Virus record (IMG/VR): IMGVR_UViG_3300001097_000004
Coordinates: 10,664-74,663 of that record
Direction: 5' to 3' (one strand)
Length of the DNA: 64,000 nucleotides
Source: a virus
The notes under the pieces were generated by a model. That model saw only the letters and a list, made by a program, of their open reading frames with translations. It searched no databases and had not been told where the DNA came from. Shown in pieces: positions 1-9,364 of this stretch; position 1 is the stretch's first letter; every line of letters begins with the position of its first letter. Position numbers and translations under genes: made by a program.

Positions 1-724
1 CGTCCTCAGTACCGCGAGGGATGTTAGGAGATTCGGAGTTGGCTTGTCCCCACCAGCCCTCAATTCCGGTGCAAATCCAGATCACGCCATCCTCGTCGAT
101 GGTGTTGAAGATCATCTCATTGAGGATGACATCAGCGTTCAATTCTAGGCCATTGAAAATTACTGGAGAGGGCTTGGTCAGAGCCTTGTTGACAATGCGG
201 TTCTCTTCTGCTTGACCGAGATTGTCTAGGTACCCGCCTACATAGTTAGCCTGCTCGAAGAGGAGAGCGTCGAGAAGGAATTTGGCGAGCGGAGTACCAC
301 CCAGGTCTTGAGAGATCGAGAAATACGCGACAGTGGCCCCTACAGGAGCCTCCCACACTCCGGACAGTCGGACCCACTCGTTATCGTCTTCTAGGTTGTA
401 TACCAGTGTGGTTGAGATGCTTATTGGATAGTTTACTGAGTTTCGCCACTCGACTGAAAGAGAAAGCCCAGCGCCCTCACTAGCTGGGAGAGTTTTAGGT
501 AGTCGTACATAGGCTGATGCGGCGTAAGGCAGGCCAGAGACCACTGAAACAGGATCAGAGATAGTGACTCCTGATCCGTTGTCACCACTCTTGGTGACTT
601 CTAGGGCCCCGGGGCCATAGGACCCCTGAACACTGTCAACGACGATGGTTGCACCGTTCACCGGATCATAGCCAGCAGTGCCCAGTCTGAATGATGGGTT
701 ATAGAGTAAATTTACGCGTGCCAC
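1..724 (-). CDS. Minor tail / distal-tail-like protein, N-terminal carbohydrate-binding-like domain (runs off window)
   Basis: GTG start overlaps the tape measure stop (TAGTG). The frame is open to the window edge: MARVNLLYNPSF...YAASAYVR...LLDALLFEQ...GVIWICTGIEGWWG. It lies immediately downstream of the tape measure gene. Confidence 0.7.
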   Translation of the reverse strand, partial: MARVNLLYNPSFRLGTAGYDPVNGATIVVDSVQGSYGPGALEVTKSGDNGSGVTISDPVSVVSGLPYAASAYVRLPKTLPASEGAGLSLSVEWRNSVNYPISISTTLVYNLEDDNEWVRLSGVWEAPVGATVAYFSISQDLGGTPLAKFLLDALLFEQANYVGGYLDNLGQAEENRIVNKALTKPSPVIFNGLELNADVILNEMIFNTIDEDGVIWICTGIEGWWGQANSESPNIPRGTED

Positions 725-3700
725 TATGCTGAGCCCTTTCGCATCCTGAAGGAGATGATGCGCGACACTTCTTGAGCAAGCTCCTGTACATTCTGCCCTG
801 GGGCTCCGTATACGTTGATGGTCGTTCCTCCACCGTCACCACCCGCTAGGAATGTGATGAGGGCTCTGTCTCTCTTGGATAGTCCGTCTTCGTCAAGTGG
901 CTCGATACGTTCCGGCTTACCGGCTTCAGCCACATTTACAATACTACCACCTCTGGACGGGAAGACAGTTGCGCCGTCAGCTAGTCTTGGAATTGTAAAC
1001 TTAGGGATTCTTGGAATGGCAGGCACTACAGACCGGGCCCCGGCTGTGGCATCATTCACACCGCTGGTCAATCCGTTGATCAAACCAATTGCGCCGTTTA
1101 CTCCACCCTCAATGAACCCGATAATGTTGTTCCAAGCGTCCTTCACAAATCCCTCGATATTAGTCCAGATATCGCTCACTGTAGAACTTAGGCCCTCCCA
1201 GAACCCGTTCCACAGGTCCTCCACTGTGCCAAAAGCATCGGATAGGAATGTTTCAATATTCGTCCAAATGTCAGAAACTGTATCAGAAATTCTATTCCAG
1301 ACAATATCCCAACCCTTGGTGAAGTTGGAGAGAGCATCTTCGAAGAACTTCTTGATGTTGTTCCAGACATCCTTGATGCCGTCTCGAATCCCGTTCCAAA
1401 TGTCAGAAACTGTATCAGAAATTCTATTCCAGACAATATCCCAACCCTTGGTGAAGTTGGAGAGAGCATCTTCGAAGAACTTCTTGATGTTGTTCCAGAC
1501 ATCCTTGAAGAACCCTAGAATCCCGTTCCAAATGTCAGAAACTGTGTCAGAAATTCCATCCCAAGTGTCTTTCCAGAATGTCACATAAGCGATTAGAGCA
1601 TCCCAGAAGAACTTCTTGATGTTGTTCCAGATGTCCGTGAAGAATTTGAGGACATTGTTCCAGACATCGGTAACGAGCTTGAGGACGTTGTTCCAGGAGT
1701 CAACCCAAAAACCAACAAACCCTGCTAAAGCATCAGTGAAGAATGTGACAACGTTGTTCCAGACTTCTTCGAAGAATTCAAGAATTTCTCCCCAGTGCTC
1801 AACTACCCACTGAATGATGAGGCCAATAGGTCCGATGATGAGCGAGAGCAAGAGGCCCCAGTTGTCTTGCACCCACGAGATGATGTTGTCGATAGTGTCG
1901 GTGATGAAGCCCATGAATCCGGACCAAACACCGTCCCACCATTCGAGAAGCCCGTCCATGATGCCCATGAACCAGCCCACAAAACCGTCCCAAATATCAG
2001 TAACAAACTTGACCACATTGTCCCAGTTCGTGATAAGCAGTACGATAGCCGCGACGAGCGCCACAATAGCTAGGATGATGAGGCCGATGGGGTTGGCCGA
2101 GACAGCGATGTTCCAGAGCCATTGAGCTGCAGTTACAACTCCGTTTATGGCTGCAGCTGCACCTTTAGCTACTGTAGACGCGACTGTTTTTGCAGCGTCC
2201 TTGACCCACAATGCTGTGTTGATGACCATTTGCTTAGCATTAGCTACAAGACTCTTCAGGAAGCCCCAAGAGGCTAGTGCAGCTTTCTTTAATCCCCCGG
2301 CGAGAGCTAGTGCCTTCTTGGCTCCGTCTACAAGCATACCGAGATAGCCGCCGACAACTAGCTTTCCAAACATAGCGGCTTTAGTGATCGCCCCAAGAGC
2401 CAAGGCTACACCAGCAATCGGCGCTGCAAACTCAACAATTTTCTGGACCCACGGCTGTTCCATGAAGTTTTTGATCGCCGTGAATCCTAGATTCAATGTG
2501 TCAAAGAATGCCTGGGCGGTTGCTGAGTCAAGGAATAGATCAAGAATCTCAGTCAAAGTGACAATAACTTCAGCCATGTTGGGACCGGCATCAGCGAACT
2601 TATCGAGAATGTTGCCCAAATTTGGGGCACCCTCAGCTAGAATATCAAATGTCTTTCCGATAGACTTGTTCTGGCCTAGTGTGATGAATTCGTCGAGGAG
2701 AGCACCAATCGAAGACAGCATCTTCTGTGCGTTGACGGCCATCGTCTGATAATTGGCCTTCAGCTCTGCGGCCCCCTCTGTGGTGTCGTTTAATCCGTCC
2801 CACTTACCTGTGGCCCTCTCTAGCCAGTCCAGAAGGTATTGACCTCCGGTCCCAGGACCGAGGTTGGCGGTAATCATCCCCCCAAATCCTCCGAAGATGT
2901 TGTCAATAATTCTGCCCCACTGAGCGGCAGCAACTTCAGCCTTACCGAAGAACTCGCTCATGGAGTTGTTGCCCTTTATGGACTTCATCCAATTATCAAA
3001 TCTGGTCAATCTGTCAAGAAGGAAGTCGAAGTATCGTTGAGCCATCGGAGCCACGGCGTTGAGTAGCGAGAGCATGATGCCCCACACCTTGCCCAGAATT
3101 TCACCGATAGTGACCAGTAACGGAGCTGAAGTCACAAACAGCTTGTCCAGATTCGCAAGGTTTCTAGTAGTGGTTATGGCGTTAGCAAGCGCAATAGCTG
3201 CGTCCCCCATAGCTGCGCCCATAAGGCCGATGCCCTTAGCAACTACTGGGTAGGCCTTGTCCATCAGAGTTTCGATGGCTTCTTGCAGCCTAGGGAGGAA
3301 GCTGTTGGCGGCAATTTCAGATAGCGCGTCAAACTGGGGCTTCAGGCCAGAAATGAAGTCGGCAAACTTGATCTGTGCAGCGTTTAGGCCTTCATACGGG
3401 TTTTGGCCTCCACCGCCACCGCCACCGCTTTTTTTATTTTTAGCGTCCTTCAAAGCCATCTCAGCATCCGTCTGGTCTCGAAGACCATCACGAATCGCCT
3501 TGGACTTAGCGGCTTCAGCACGAGCTAGAGCATCTGTAGCTGCCATAACAGACCTGGTGCCCGCCACGCCAGTACGAGCGAGGCGGTCCTGCTCCTTGCC
3601 AAGGTCTGCAGCCCTGTCCTTTGCCTTACGGTAGTTGAGTTCAGATTCCTGGTAGGCTAGTTCAGCCTCTTGGCGTACGCGTGAGTTTGGGGGGAGGTCC

Positions 3701-4437
3701 TGGGCCCTGGCCAGAGAAATACGTGCCTTCTCCAACTCAAGAGCGGCACGCTGCTCAGCTAGGGCAGCGTCTTCGGAGTCAAATCCAAGTTGCTGAATCT
3801 CCTCGCGGCCCTCCTTGATAGCTTTGTTGAGTGCAAGCTGCGCCTTGCGGAGAGTGTTGTTCGCGTTAAGCAGACGTTCACGGTTGCGCTCGATAGTACG
3901 AGACAGAGACCGTTCTGCGGCTTCGATAGCCTGGAGCATCGCTGCAGAGCCACCGCCTCCGCCTCCGCCCTTAGGGTTGTTGAGCATGGAGACGGCTTTA
4001 CCGACCCCGCCCAGCGCAAGTTTAGCGGCAATTGCACCCGCAGCGATAGAGAACAGTGCGTTTCCGAGCACAAGAACACTGCTGGCCGCGCCCAGCGCGT
4101 TTCCACCTAAGGCACCTATAGCCCCTATCAGAGCAGAAACGCCTCCAATTAGGGTCGAAATAATGGTGGTCATCCACTGCGCAGTACGGTTCAGATCGGA
4201 GAATGCTCTGCGAGCTTTGTCGTACTCTTGGCCCAGGGATCGAATACCATTAATGAGCTTCTTGAAAATATTTCCGTGGCCCTTTTGGAATCCCTCAGAG
4301 AATGTTCTCCCCAAGTTATTTCCAGCCTTCTTTACCGTTGAGTTGGCACCCGCGAAGCCACGCTGAATATCTTTCTTGATGGGTCGTGTAATAGCGCGGA
4401 CTATAACGCGAGCCGTACCGATATTTCCTATGGCCAC
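724..4437 (-). CDS. Tape measure protein
   Basis: 1237 aa, Ala/Gly-rich helical, hydrophobic segments, ANPIGLII motif and 11-aa W-periodic repeats; follows the tail chaperones. Confidence 0.95.
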   Translation of the reverse strand: MAIGNIGTARVIVRAITRPIKKDIQRGFAGANSTVKKAGNNLGRTFSEGFQKGHGNIFKKLINGIRSLGQEYDKARRAFSDLNRTAQWMTTIISTLIGGVSALIGAIGALGGNALGAASSVLVLGNALFSIAAGAIAAKLALGGVGKAVSMLNNPKGGGGGGGSAAMLQAIEAAERSLSRTIERNRERLLNANNTLRKAQLALNKAIKEGREEIQQLGFDSEDAALAEQRAALELEKARISLARAQDLPPNSRVRQEAELAYQESELNYRKAKDRAADLGKEQDRLARTGVAGTRSVMAATDALARAEAAKSKAIRDGLRDQTDAEMALKDAKNKKSGGGGGGGQNPYEGLNAAQIKFADFISGLKPQFDALSEIAANSFLPRLQEAIETLMDKAYPVVAKGIGLMGAAMGDAAIALANAITTTRNLANLDKLFVTSAPLLVTIGEILGKVWGIMLSLLNAVAPMAQRYFDFLLDRLTRFDNWMKSIKGNNSMSEFFGKAEVAAAQWGRIIDNIFGGFGGMITANLGPGTGGQYLLDWLERATGKWDGLNDTTEGAAELKANYQTMAVNAQKMLSSIGALLDEFITLGQNKSIGKTFDILAEGAPNLGNILDKFADAGPNMAEVIVTLTEILDLFLDSATAQAFFDTLNLGFTAIKNFMEQPWVQKIVEFAAPIAGVALALGAITKAAMFGKLVVGGYLGMLVDGAKKALALAGGLKKAALASWGFLKSLVANAKQMVINTALWVKDAAKTVASTVAKGAAAAINGVVTAAQWLWNIAVSANPIGLIILAIVALVAAIVLLITNWDNVVKFVTDIWDGFVGWFMGIMDGLLEWWDGVWSGFMGFITDTIDNIISWVQDNWGLLLSLIIGPIGLIIQWVVEHWGEILEFFEEVWNNVVTFFTDALAGFVGFWVDSWNNVLKLVTDVWNNVLKFFTDIWNNIKKFFWDALIAYVTFWKDTWDGISDTVSDIWNGILGFFKDVWNNIKKFFEDALSNFTKGWDIVWNRISDTVSDIWNGIRDGIKDVWNNIKKFFEDALSNFTKGWDIVWNRISDTVSDIWTNIETFLSDAFGTVEDLWNGFWEGLSSTVSDIWTNIEGFVKDAWNNIIGFIEGGVNGAIGLINGLTSGVNDATAGARSVVPAIPRIPKFTIPRLADGATVFPSRGGSIVNVAEAGKPERIEPLDEDGLSKRDRALITFLAGGDGGGTTINVYGAPGQNVQELAQEVSRIISFRMRKGSA
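1263..1508. repeat. Identical 114-bp direct repeat (132-bp period) inside the tape measure gene
   Basis: 1263-1376 is identical to 1395-1508. Confidence 0.9.
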
Positions 4438-4465
4438 GCGAGCACCTCCTCTCCTGTAATGTTCA

Positions 4466-4819
4466 TTAGCTCATTGGCCCGTCTAGCCCAGAAAACGGTG
4501 TCTGTGCTTCAGGGTCAAAGTCGGATGTCGGAACAAACGCCTTGGTGGGCTGTTCCTTAGCTGGGTTGAATGGTTCTGGAAGATCAGATGCGCCGAGTTC
4601 CGCATCATCTACGTAGGCCCGAGAATTTGCAATCTTGCTGTCATTGAATGGATACAAATATGTAGTGCCATACATACTGGAGTAGATTGCAACCCGGATA
4701 CCGGATCGGGATTTCGCAGACTCCTCGCTAACATAGTGATTATCGTCCTCAAAGAGGTAGTGGACAACATCTAGCATGTCACTGGCCTCCATCTCTTTCA
4801 GGTTTAATCCACTCATCAA
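4466..4819 (-). CDS. Tail assembly chaperone, downstream (GT-like) ORF
   Basis: Lies between the chaperone and tape measure genes. The frame stays open upstream (LITWATELWPYINGKAL) into the -1 frame of the chaperone. Confidence 0.7.
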   Translation of the reverse strand: MMSGLNLKEMEASDMLDVVHYLFEDDNHYVSEESAKSRSGIRVAIYSSMYGTTYLYPFNDSKIANSRAYVDDAELGASDLPEPFNPAKEQPTKAFVPTSDFDPEAQTPFSGLDGPMS

Positions 4820-4863
4820 CGCCTTACCGTTGATGTAGGGCCACAGTTCTGTGGCCCAAGTTA

Positions 4864-5217
4864 TTAGCTCTCGGGTCGCTCTTCCGGGCGGTTCGTGTAC
4901 TCCTCCATGAGCCAGCCGACAATTTCGGCCAGAGTGTCAACCTCTACCACCTTGTCCGGACTGGTGATGAGCGCATCAAATCGGGTGTAGCTCTCAGGGA
5001 GTAGTACATCTTCGAAGAAGCTCAAAATCATTTCTGCAGCTGCCCCGGAGTCCTCCGAGTCGGCCTTCTTCACTAGCTCAATAAGCATCTTGCCCTGAAC
5101 CTTGGGAACGGCATCGAATGTCTCGCCGTAGAGGGCAAAACTTAGCGGAGCCGCGGGGGTATCTGAAGCCCCTCCGAAGTCCTTGAACCTTTTCTTGTTG
5201 TTAGCCATGTTGTTCAT
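4864..5217 (-). CDS. Tail assembly chaperone (G-like)
   Basis: 117-aa acidic protein two genes before the tape measure gene, ending ...WLMEEYTNRPEERPES. Confidence 0.75.
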   Translation of the reverse strand: MNNMANNKKRFKDFGGASDTPAAPLSFALYGETFDAVPKVQGKMLIELVKKADSEDSGAAAEMILSFFEDVLLPESYTRFDALITSPDKVVEVDTLAEIVGWLMEEYTNRPEERPES

Positions 5218-5282
5218 CTTTCTGTGGTGTGTATTGATTATTTGTCACTGCCAGACCAGTTGATCTGGCTTCTACTATTGTA

Positions 5283-5699
5283 CTAGACGTACGCTAGGTA
5301 GAGATTGTCGGTAAGGTACCTGTTTGGTCGGGTTCCTGGGTGGTTTACGTGGTGCGTATAGACCGTTCGACCTCTGCTGGAGAATCGAAGCATCTTTGGA
5401 CCTGCGGTTATGCTGTGGGGACGGGTTCCCTCGTGATGTAGAAGAGCAATTTTGTTTTCAGATTCGATGACCAACTCTTGGTAGGCCCCAACTCGTCTGT
5501 GAATCAGCTGAATACTATTCATCAACTGGCCAGAATCTACCCCAACCTGACGCTTAGCGGCCAAGAGAATTGGAATACCGATATTCTTTTCGATAGCCCG
5601 ACCAATCTCCCCCCGAGGAGCGTTTTTGAAGTGATCAAATTGAGGCTCATGGAAGTCAACTAGTGACATATTAAAGTCTACGTAAAAACCTATACCCAC
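5283..5699 (-). CDS. HK97 gp10-like tail/neck protein
   Basis: VDSGQLMNSI, HHEGTRPH, VNHPGTRPNRYL motifs; head-tail region. Confidence 0.65.
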   Translation of the reverse strand: MGIGFYVDFNMSLVDFHEPQFDHFKNAPRGEIGRAIEKNIGIPILLAAKRQVGVDSGQLMNSIQLIHRRVGAYQELVIESENKIALLHHEGTRPHSITAGPKMLRFSSRGRTVYTHHVNHPGTRPNRYLTDNLYLAYV

Positions 5700-5701
5700 G
5701 A

Positions 5702-6208
5702 CTACATAACCGCCAGAGTCAGTTGCATCACTACGGTTTGCATCCCACCTGAGGGTCCCCTCGGGGATACGGTTGCGATAACACCTAGCCCGGGGATACC
5801 ATCGGTCCCTGCATCAAAGTCAGCTGCGGACTGCCCGAGAATCCAAACATCGGCTGCAGAGGCCCCAGAGGCCTGGATAATATCCGACGCGGCCACAGCT
5901 TTGCCGTTTACTCCGAGAGGGTAACTACGAGTAACTGCTATCTCTAAAACTGCACTGAATGGTGCCGTCTGACATTGCTGTGGGCGGTTCGCCTGGTCGC
6001 CCGGGACACCCAAGTAAATCTGGATGAGAGACACCACGGCCTGCTCACAGTCCTCTGCAGGCTGCTGGAGCGACCAGAAGCGTCGTTCAGGCAGTGGGAC
6101 CCCTGCACGCGCATACACGCCCACAAGGGTCTCCAGGGCCCGATCCATGAACTCTTTGAGGTCTAGGACCCCATCAGAGACAGAATAGTCATTTATGTTC
6201 ATAGCCAC
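5702..6208 (-). CDS. Putative tail terminator / neck protein
   Basis: Synteny between adaptor and gp10-like gene; beta-rich C-terminus GPSGGMQTVVMQLTL. Confidence 0.5.
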   Translation of the reverse strand: MAMNINDYSVSDGVLDLKEFMDRALETLVGVYARAGVPLPERRFWSLQQPAEDCEQAVVSLIQIYLGVPGDQANRPQQCQTAPFSAVLEIAVTRSYPLGVNGKAVAASDIIQASGASAADVWILGQSAADFDAGTDGIPGLGVIATVSPRGPSGGMQTVVMQLTLAVM

Positions 6209-6227
6209 GGTGTGGCCTCAATTCGAG

Positions 6228-6470
6228 TTAGGATGCGTCAGACTTGTTTGTAGTCTCGGGGGCTTCAGTCTCAGGAGCGTCCTGCTCCTCTTCTGCAGAG
6301 TCGTCAACCGGCTCAGTCTTGGGTGCGTCCGCAACTACTTCAGCCTCTAGGGTCTCAACCGGAGCGGTCTCGGCCTTAGATTCCTTAGGAGATTTGGCCT
6401 TCTTGTCAGTCTTAGCGTCAGCCTTACTGTGGCCGGGCATGTCTGCGGCGGTGAAATTAGTCATTGCCAT
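6228..6470 (-). CDS. Small low-complexity hypothetical protein
   Basis: RBS (GAAAGGAA) and co-oriented with the structural genes; Lys-rich then acidic. Confidence 0.65.
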   Translation of the reverse strand: MAMTNFTAADMPGHSKADAKTDKKAKSPKESKAETAPVETLEAEVVADAPKTEPVDDSAEEEQDAPETEAPETTNKSDAS

Positions 6471-6527
6471 GGTGTGTTCCTTTCATTCGAGACAATTTGT
6501 CTCGTTCCATTATAGTGTATTTTTGAG

Positions 6528-7244
6528 CTATCCGAGAGGATTAGGTCTGCGACCTCTAGGAACGTCAGGAGAGAAAACTTTAGCGGGGCGTGTAGCCTTA
6601 TGCGGGTTGACTGTCTTCAAAAACAGGTCTACAGAGTAGATACCGGTGCGGAGTTCCGCAATGAAGTCTTGATTGTCCAGGAGAACCCATGACACACCCT
6701 GGCGCGTGACATTAGTGACACGATCCGGAAGGGCGCACTTATCCTCTTGGCCACCCCAGAGCATGGCGAACTGCTCTGCAAGTGTCCGTGCAGCCATACG
6801 ACCGGCTGCAGGCGCGGGGGTTCCGTAGGTGTATGTGATCTCAACTTCTTCAACTAATGCGAAGCTGAAGACCACAGTGGTGTGGTTTTCCAAGGAGTAC
6901 CGGTCGGAGGAAATCTCAAGCCCAGTGGCTACACTTGTGACGCTGTCAATAGAGCGGATGGGGCGACCCCGGAGACGCAGACGATTTGAGAAGTCTGCGG
7001 CGAAGCTAGGGAAGGCGAGACTGGCCTCACTGACGGACGCGTATAGAAGTCCCAGCTGCGCCATCCGCATTGTTACACCGGGAAAGGTGTGGCCGTAGCG
7101 TTCTGTGACGAGCTGGAGACCAGAGAACTTACGTCCGGAGAGCCCCCACAAAATAAACGATGCAGCCTCACACGCGGCCAAAGCCTCGTAGGAGGTGTCG
7201 AGCCCGTTAGGAAGATCGGAGGGTAGTACCCACAGTCCAGCCAT
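6528..7244 (-). CDS. Head-to-tail adaptor
   Basis: AASFILWGLSGRKF, YTYG..P, CALPDRVTNVTRQGVS, TGIYSVDLFL..VNP motifs typical of actinophage adaptors. Confidence 0.8.
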   Translation of the reverse strand: MAGLWVLPSDLPNGLDTSYEALAACEAASFILWGLSGRKFSGLQLVTERYGHTFPGVTMRMAQLGLLYASVSEASLAFPSFAADFSNRLRLRGRPIRSIDSVTSVATGLEISSDRYSLENHTTVVFSFALVEEVEITYTYGTPAPAAGRMAARTLAEQFAMLWGGQEDKCALPDRVTNVTRQGVSWVLLDNQDFIAELRTGIYSVDLFLKTVNPHKATRPAKVFSPDVPRGRRPNPLG

Positions 7245-7269
7245 ATTCGTATCTCTCTGTTTAGACCAA

Positions 7270-7306
7270 TAGGCGGCACTCTAGTAGAAACTAGTAGTGC
7301 CGCCTA
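7270..7306 (-). terminator. Hairpin after major tail gene
   Basis: TAGGCGGCACT...AGTGCCGCCTA inverted repeat. Confidence 0.7.
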
Positions 7307-7327
7307 CTGATATTAACTAATCACTGA

Positions 7328-8368
7328 CTAGGAGGTCGGGTCCTCGTCGGAGTTTACTACAGTGTCGGTATCTTCATCAGACACGTAGTCAACGTTACCA
7401 GGAACGTTGAAGTCATCATCAACGGTCCCATCTGGGAGTTCAGTCACTGCACGAGAGCCTGCTGGGACCGAAGTGGTCCCAGTGTCAGTAGCAGACGCGA
7501 CTGTAACTTCACTGGCGTACGTGAATGTCGTACCAGTTGGCACTCCTGTGATGACGAATGTCCCCACAAGAGTGGTGGCCGCAACTGGTGTTACGGATAC
7601 ACGGTCACCGACTTCATACTCATGTGGCAGTGAGGTGGTGATTGTGGCCATGGTTCCAGAACCTTCTACATTTTCAATGGCTCCGACTAGCTCGCCGTGC
7701 CATGTGTAGAACCCAGACAAACCTAACGGAGCCCACGCGGCGCGTGCAAATGAGTATGGACGGTTTGTTGAAATCGGCCATTCCCATCTCTCGTCAAGTC
7801 CAGTACCGAAAGCATCATTACCAAGACCGTAGCCTTCGAATGTGTTGGCCAGAAGGCCGTTCTCGATTACACGGTCACCGCTCTGACGTAGCTTCACATA
7901 CGGGAAAATCCAGTGGAAGTACGGAAGATTTGCGGCCTTCTTGCCATCCTTGATGGCTAGGGACCAGGACTCTAGAGCCACACCATTACCGGAGGGGTCG
8001 TCACCGATAGCGGGCGAGGCCCAACCGATGCTCTTAACGTTCTGGTCAGCGAATGTTCCCAGGTTCTTGCGAAGCAGAAGACCACCGGAAAGCAGGCTGG
8101 TAAGCTCGGTGTCGGGCTCGCAGATTGCTACTTCCATGGTAATGCGCTTCAGAGTGTCCGGCGACTTGTAGGTTACGCATACGGAACCGTTCGCGGACTT
8201 CTCTGTGATTTCATCGCCCTCTTCGTACTCCGGAGTGAACGAGACGCGCATAAATGCAGACGTTGTGTAGCTGTCCCCGGGTCCGTTGAGAAGGTTGCCA
8301 GTTGCGTCTAGGCGTGTTGCGCGAATTGCGACACCCTGGATGCTGGCGGCGTACTCTTGAGTTGCCAT
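7328..8368 (-). CDS. Major tail protein with C-terminal beta-rich accessory domain
   Basis: IRATRLD, F.PEYEEGDEITEKSANG.VC, YFHWIFPY motifs; C-terminal Thr/Val-rich domain. Confidence 0.85.
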   Translation of the reverse strand: MATQEYAASIQGVAIRATRLDATGNLLNGPGDSYTTSAFMRVSFTPEYEEGDEITEKSANGSVCVTYKSPDTLKRITMEVAICEPDTELTSLLSGGLLLRKNLGTFADQNVKSIGWASPAIGDDPSGNGVALESWSLAIKDGKKAANLPYFHWIFPYVKLRQSGDRVIENGLLANTFEGYGLGNDAFGTGLDERWEWPISTNRPYSFARAAWAPLGLSGFYTWHGELVGAIENVEGSGTMATITTSLPHEYEVGDRVSVTPVAATTLVGTFVITGVPTGTTFTYASEVTVASATDTGTTSVPAGSRAVTELPDGTVDDDFNVPGNVDYVSDEDTDTVVNSDEDPTS

Positions 8369-8414
8369 TTAGCTTCCTCGTTCTCTTTCTTGGTTAGGTA
8401 TCTAGTTTACAGGA

Positions 8415-9299
8415 CTAGGGCAAAGTGACCTGGGCTGTAAGCCAGATGGATGGATCGAAACGTACGGCCACCGGTCGGGAGGCCTTTACAATGGAGTCGT
8501 TGGTGGCAGGAGAGAAGCCTTGAGCAAGTGACTCGTTATCAATACGAGCCTCTCCCAGGACTACCCCGACACTGCCGGTTGCGAACATCCACTTATTTGT
8601 TGCGGTAGCGGCGGCACCGGTAGTGCCCGTGGGGCCTGATCCTGTGTATCCACTTCCGATAACGACTGAGGTGCCGAGACGTGTCACTGCATAGGCCTCA
8701 TCGTCAAGCTGACTGTCGGCCTCGTACATGAGCTTCGATCCGAGGACCGAGGCAACATCGCGGGTCATGTGGATTACTCCACGAGCCCCCGTAGGGGAGT
8801 CGGCAATGCCCTGCTCCAGCAGTGCAAGTGCCTTGTCCGGGGCTGAGCCTCCGGTAGTTACTGTGGTAGCCTTGCCAGCCTCTGTGAGGTAACCGGTACC
8901 CGCTGGGGTTAGAGCCTTGGAGGCCTGCCCCATCCACAGCTCGTATTCAGCGGCCTTCTGAGAGGCGGCTTCGAGCTGTGTAAGAATATACCCATCGAAT
9001 GGGTTGTGGTTCATGAGATTCTGGCCAGTGTTTTTGGTCTCGATCTCTACGTAAAACGGCTCGGTGCTGTAGTACGCGGGAACGGCGGAGCCATCAAAGA
9101 TGGTGCCGTTGGAGACAGCGGCATTTGAATTGGACAGAATGCGGATTGTGGGTGAAGAGTTAGTGAGTGTGTCGAATCCTCTGATCCAAGCCTCACTGTT
9201 GGGATTGTCTGTGGACGTAACCACCCCGGCCACGCTCAAGAGTCCACAGGGAGCAACCTGCAGGTCTGGGGCATCAAAGATACCTTCAAATCTTGCCAT
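8415..9299 (-). CDS. Second capsid protein (pentamer-type)
   Basis: 294 aa directly after the main capsid gene; P.GLLSVA, ALALLEQ, GVIHM, TRLGT.VVIG.GY.G.GP, WMFATG motifs as in cluster-B-like actinophages. Confidence 0.75.
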   Translation of the reverse strand: MARFEGIFDAPDLQVAPCGLLSVAGVVTSTDNPNSEAWIRGFDTLTNSSPTIRILSNSNAAVSNGTIFDGSAVPAYYSTEPFYVEIETKNTGQNLMNHNPFDGYILTQLEAASQKAAEYELWMGQASKALTPAGTGYLTEAGKATTVTTGGSAPDKALALLEQGIADSPTGARGVIHMTRDVASVLGSKLMYEADSQLDDEAYAVTRLGTSVVIGSGYTGSGPTGTTGAAATATNKWMFATGSVGVVLGEARIDNESLAQGFSPATNDSIVKASRPVAVRFDPSIWLTAQVTLP

Positions 9300-9364
9300 G
9301 TTGTTCTACTCCTGTTTTCTCTTGAGCGTAGCTCGGGGTTAGTTGGTTACGTTACCTGGGTGAC

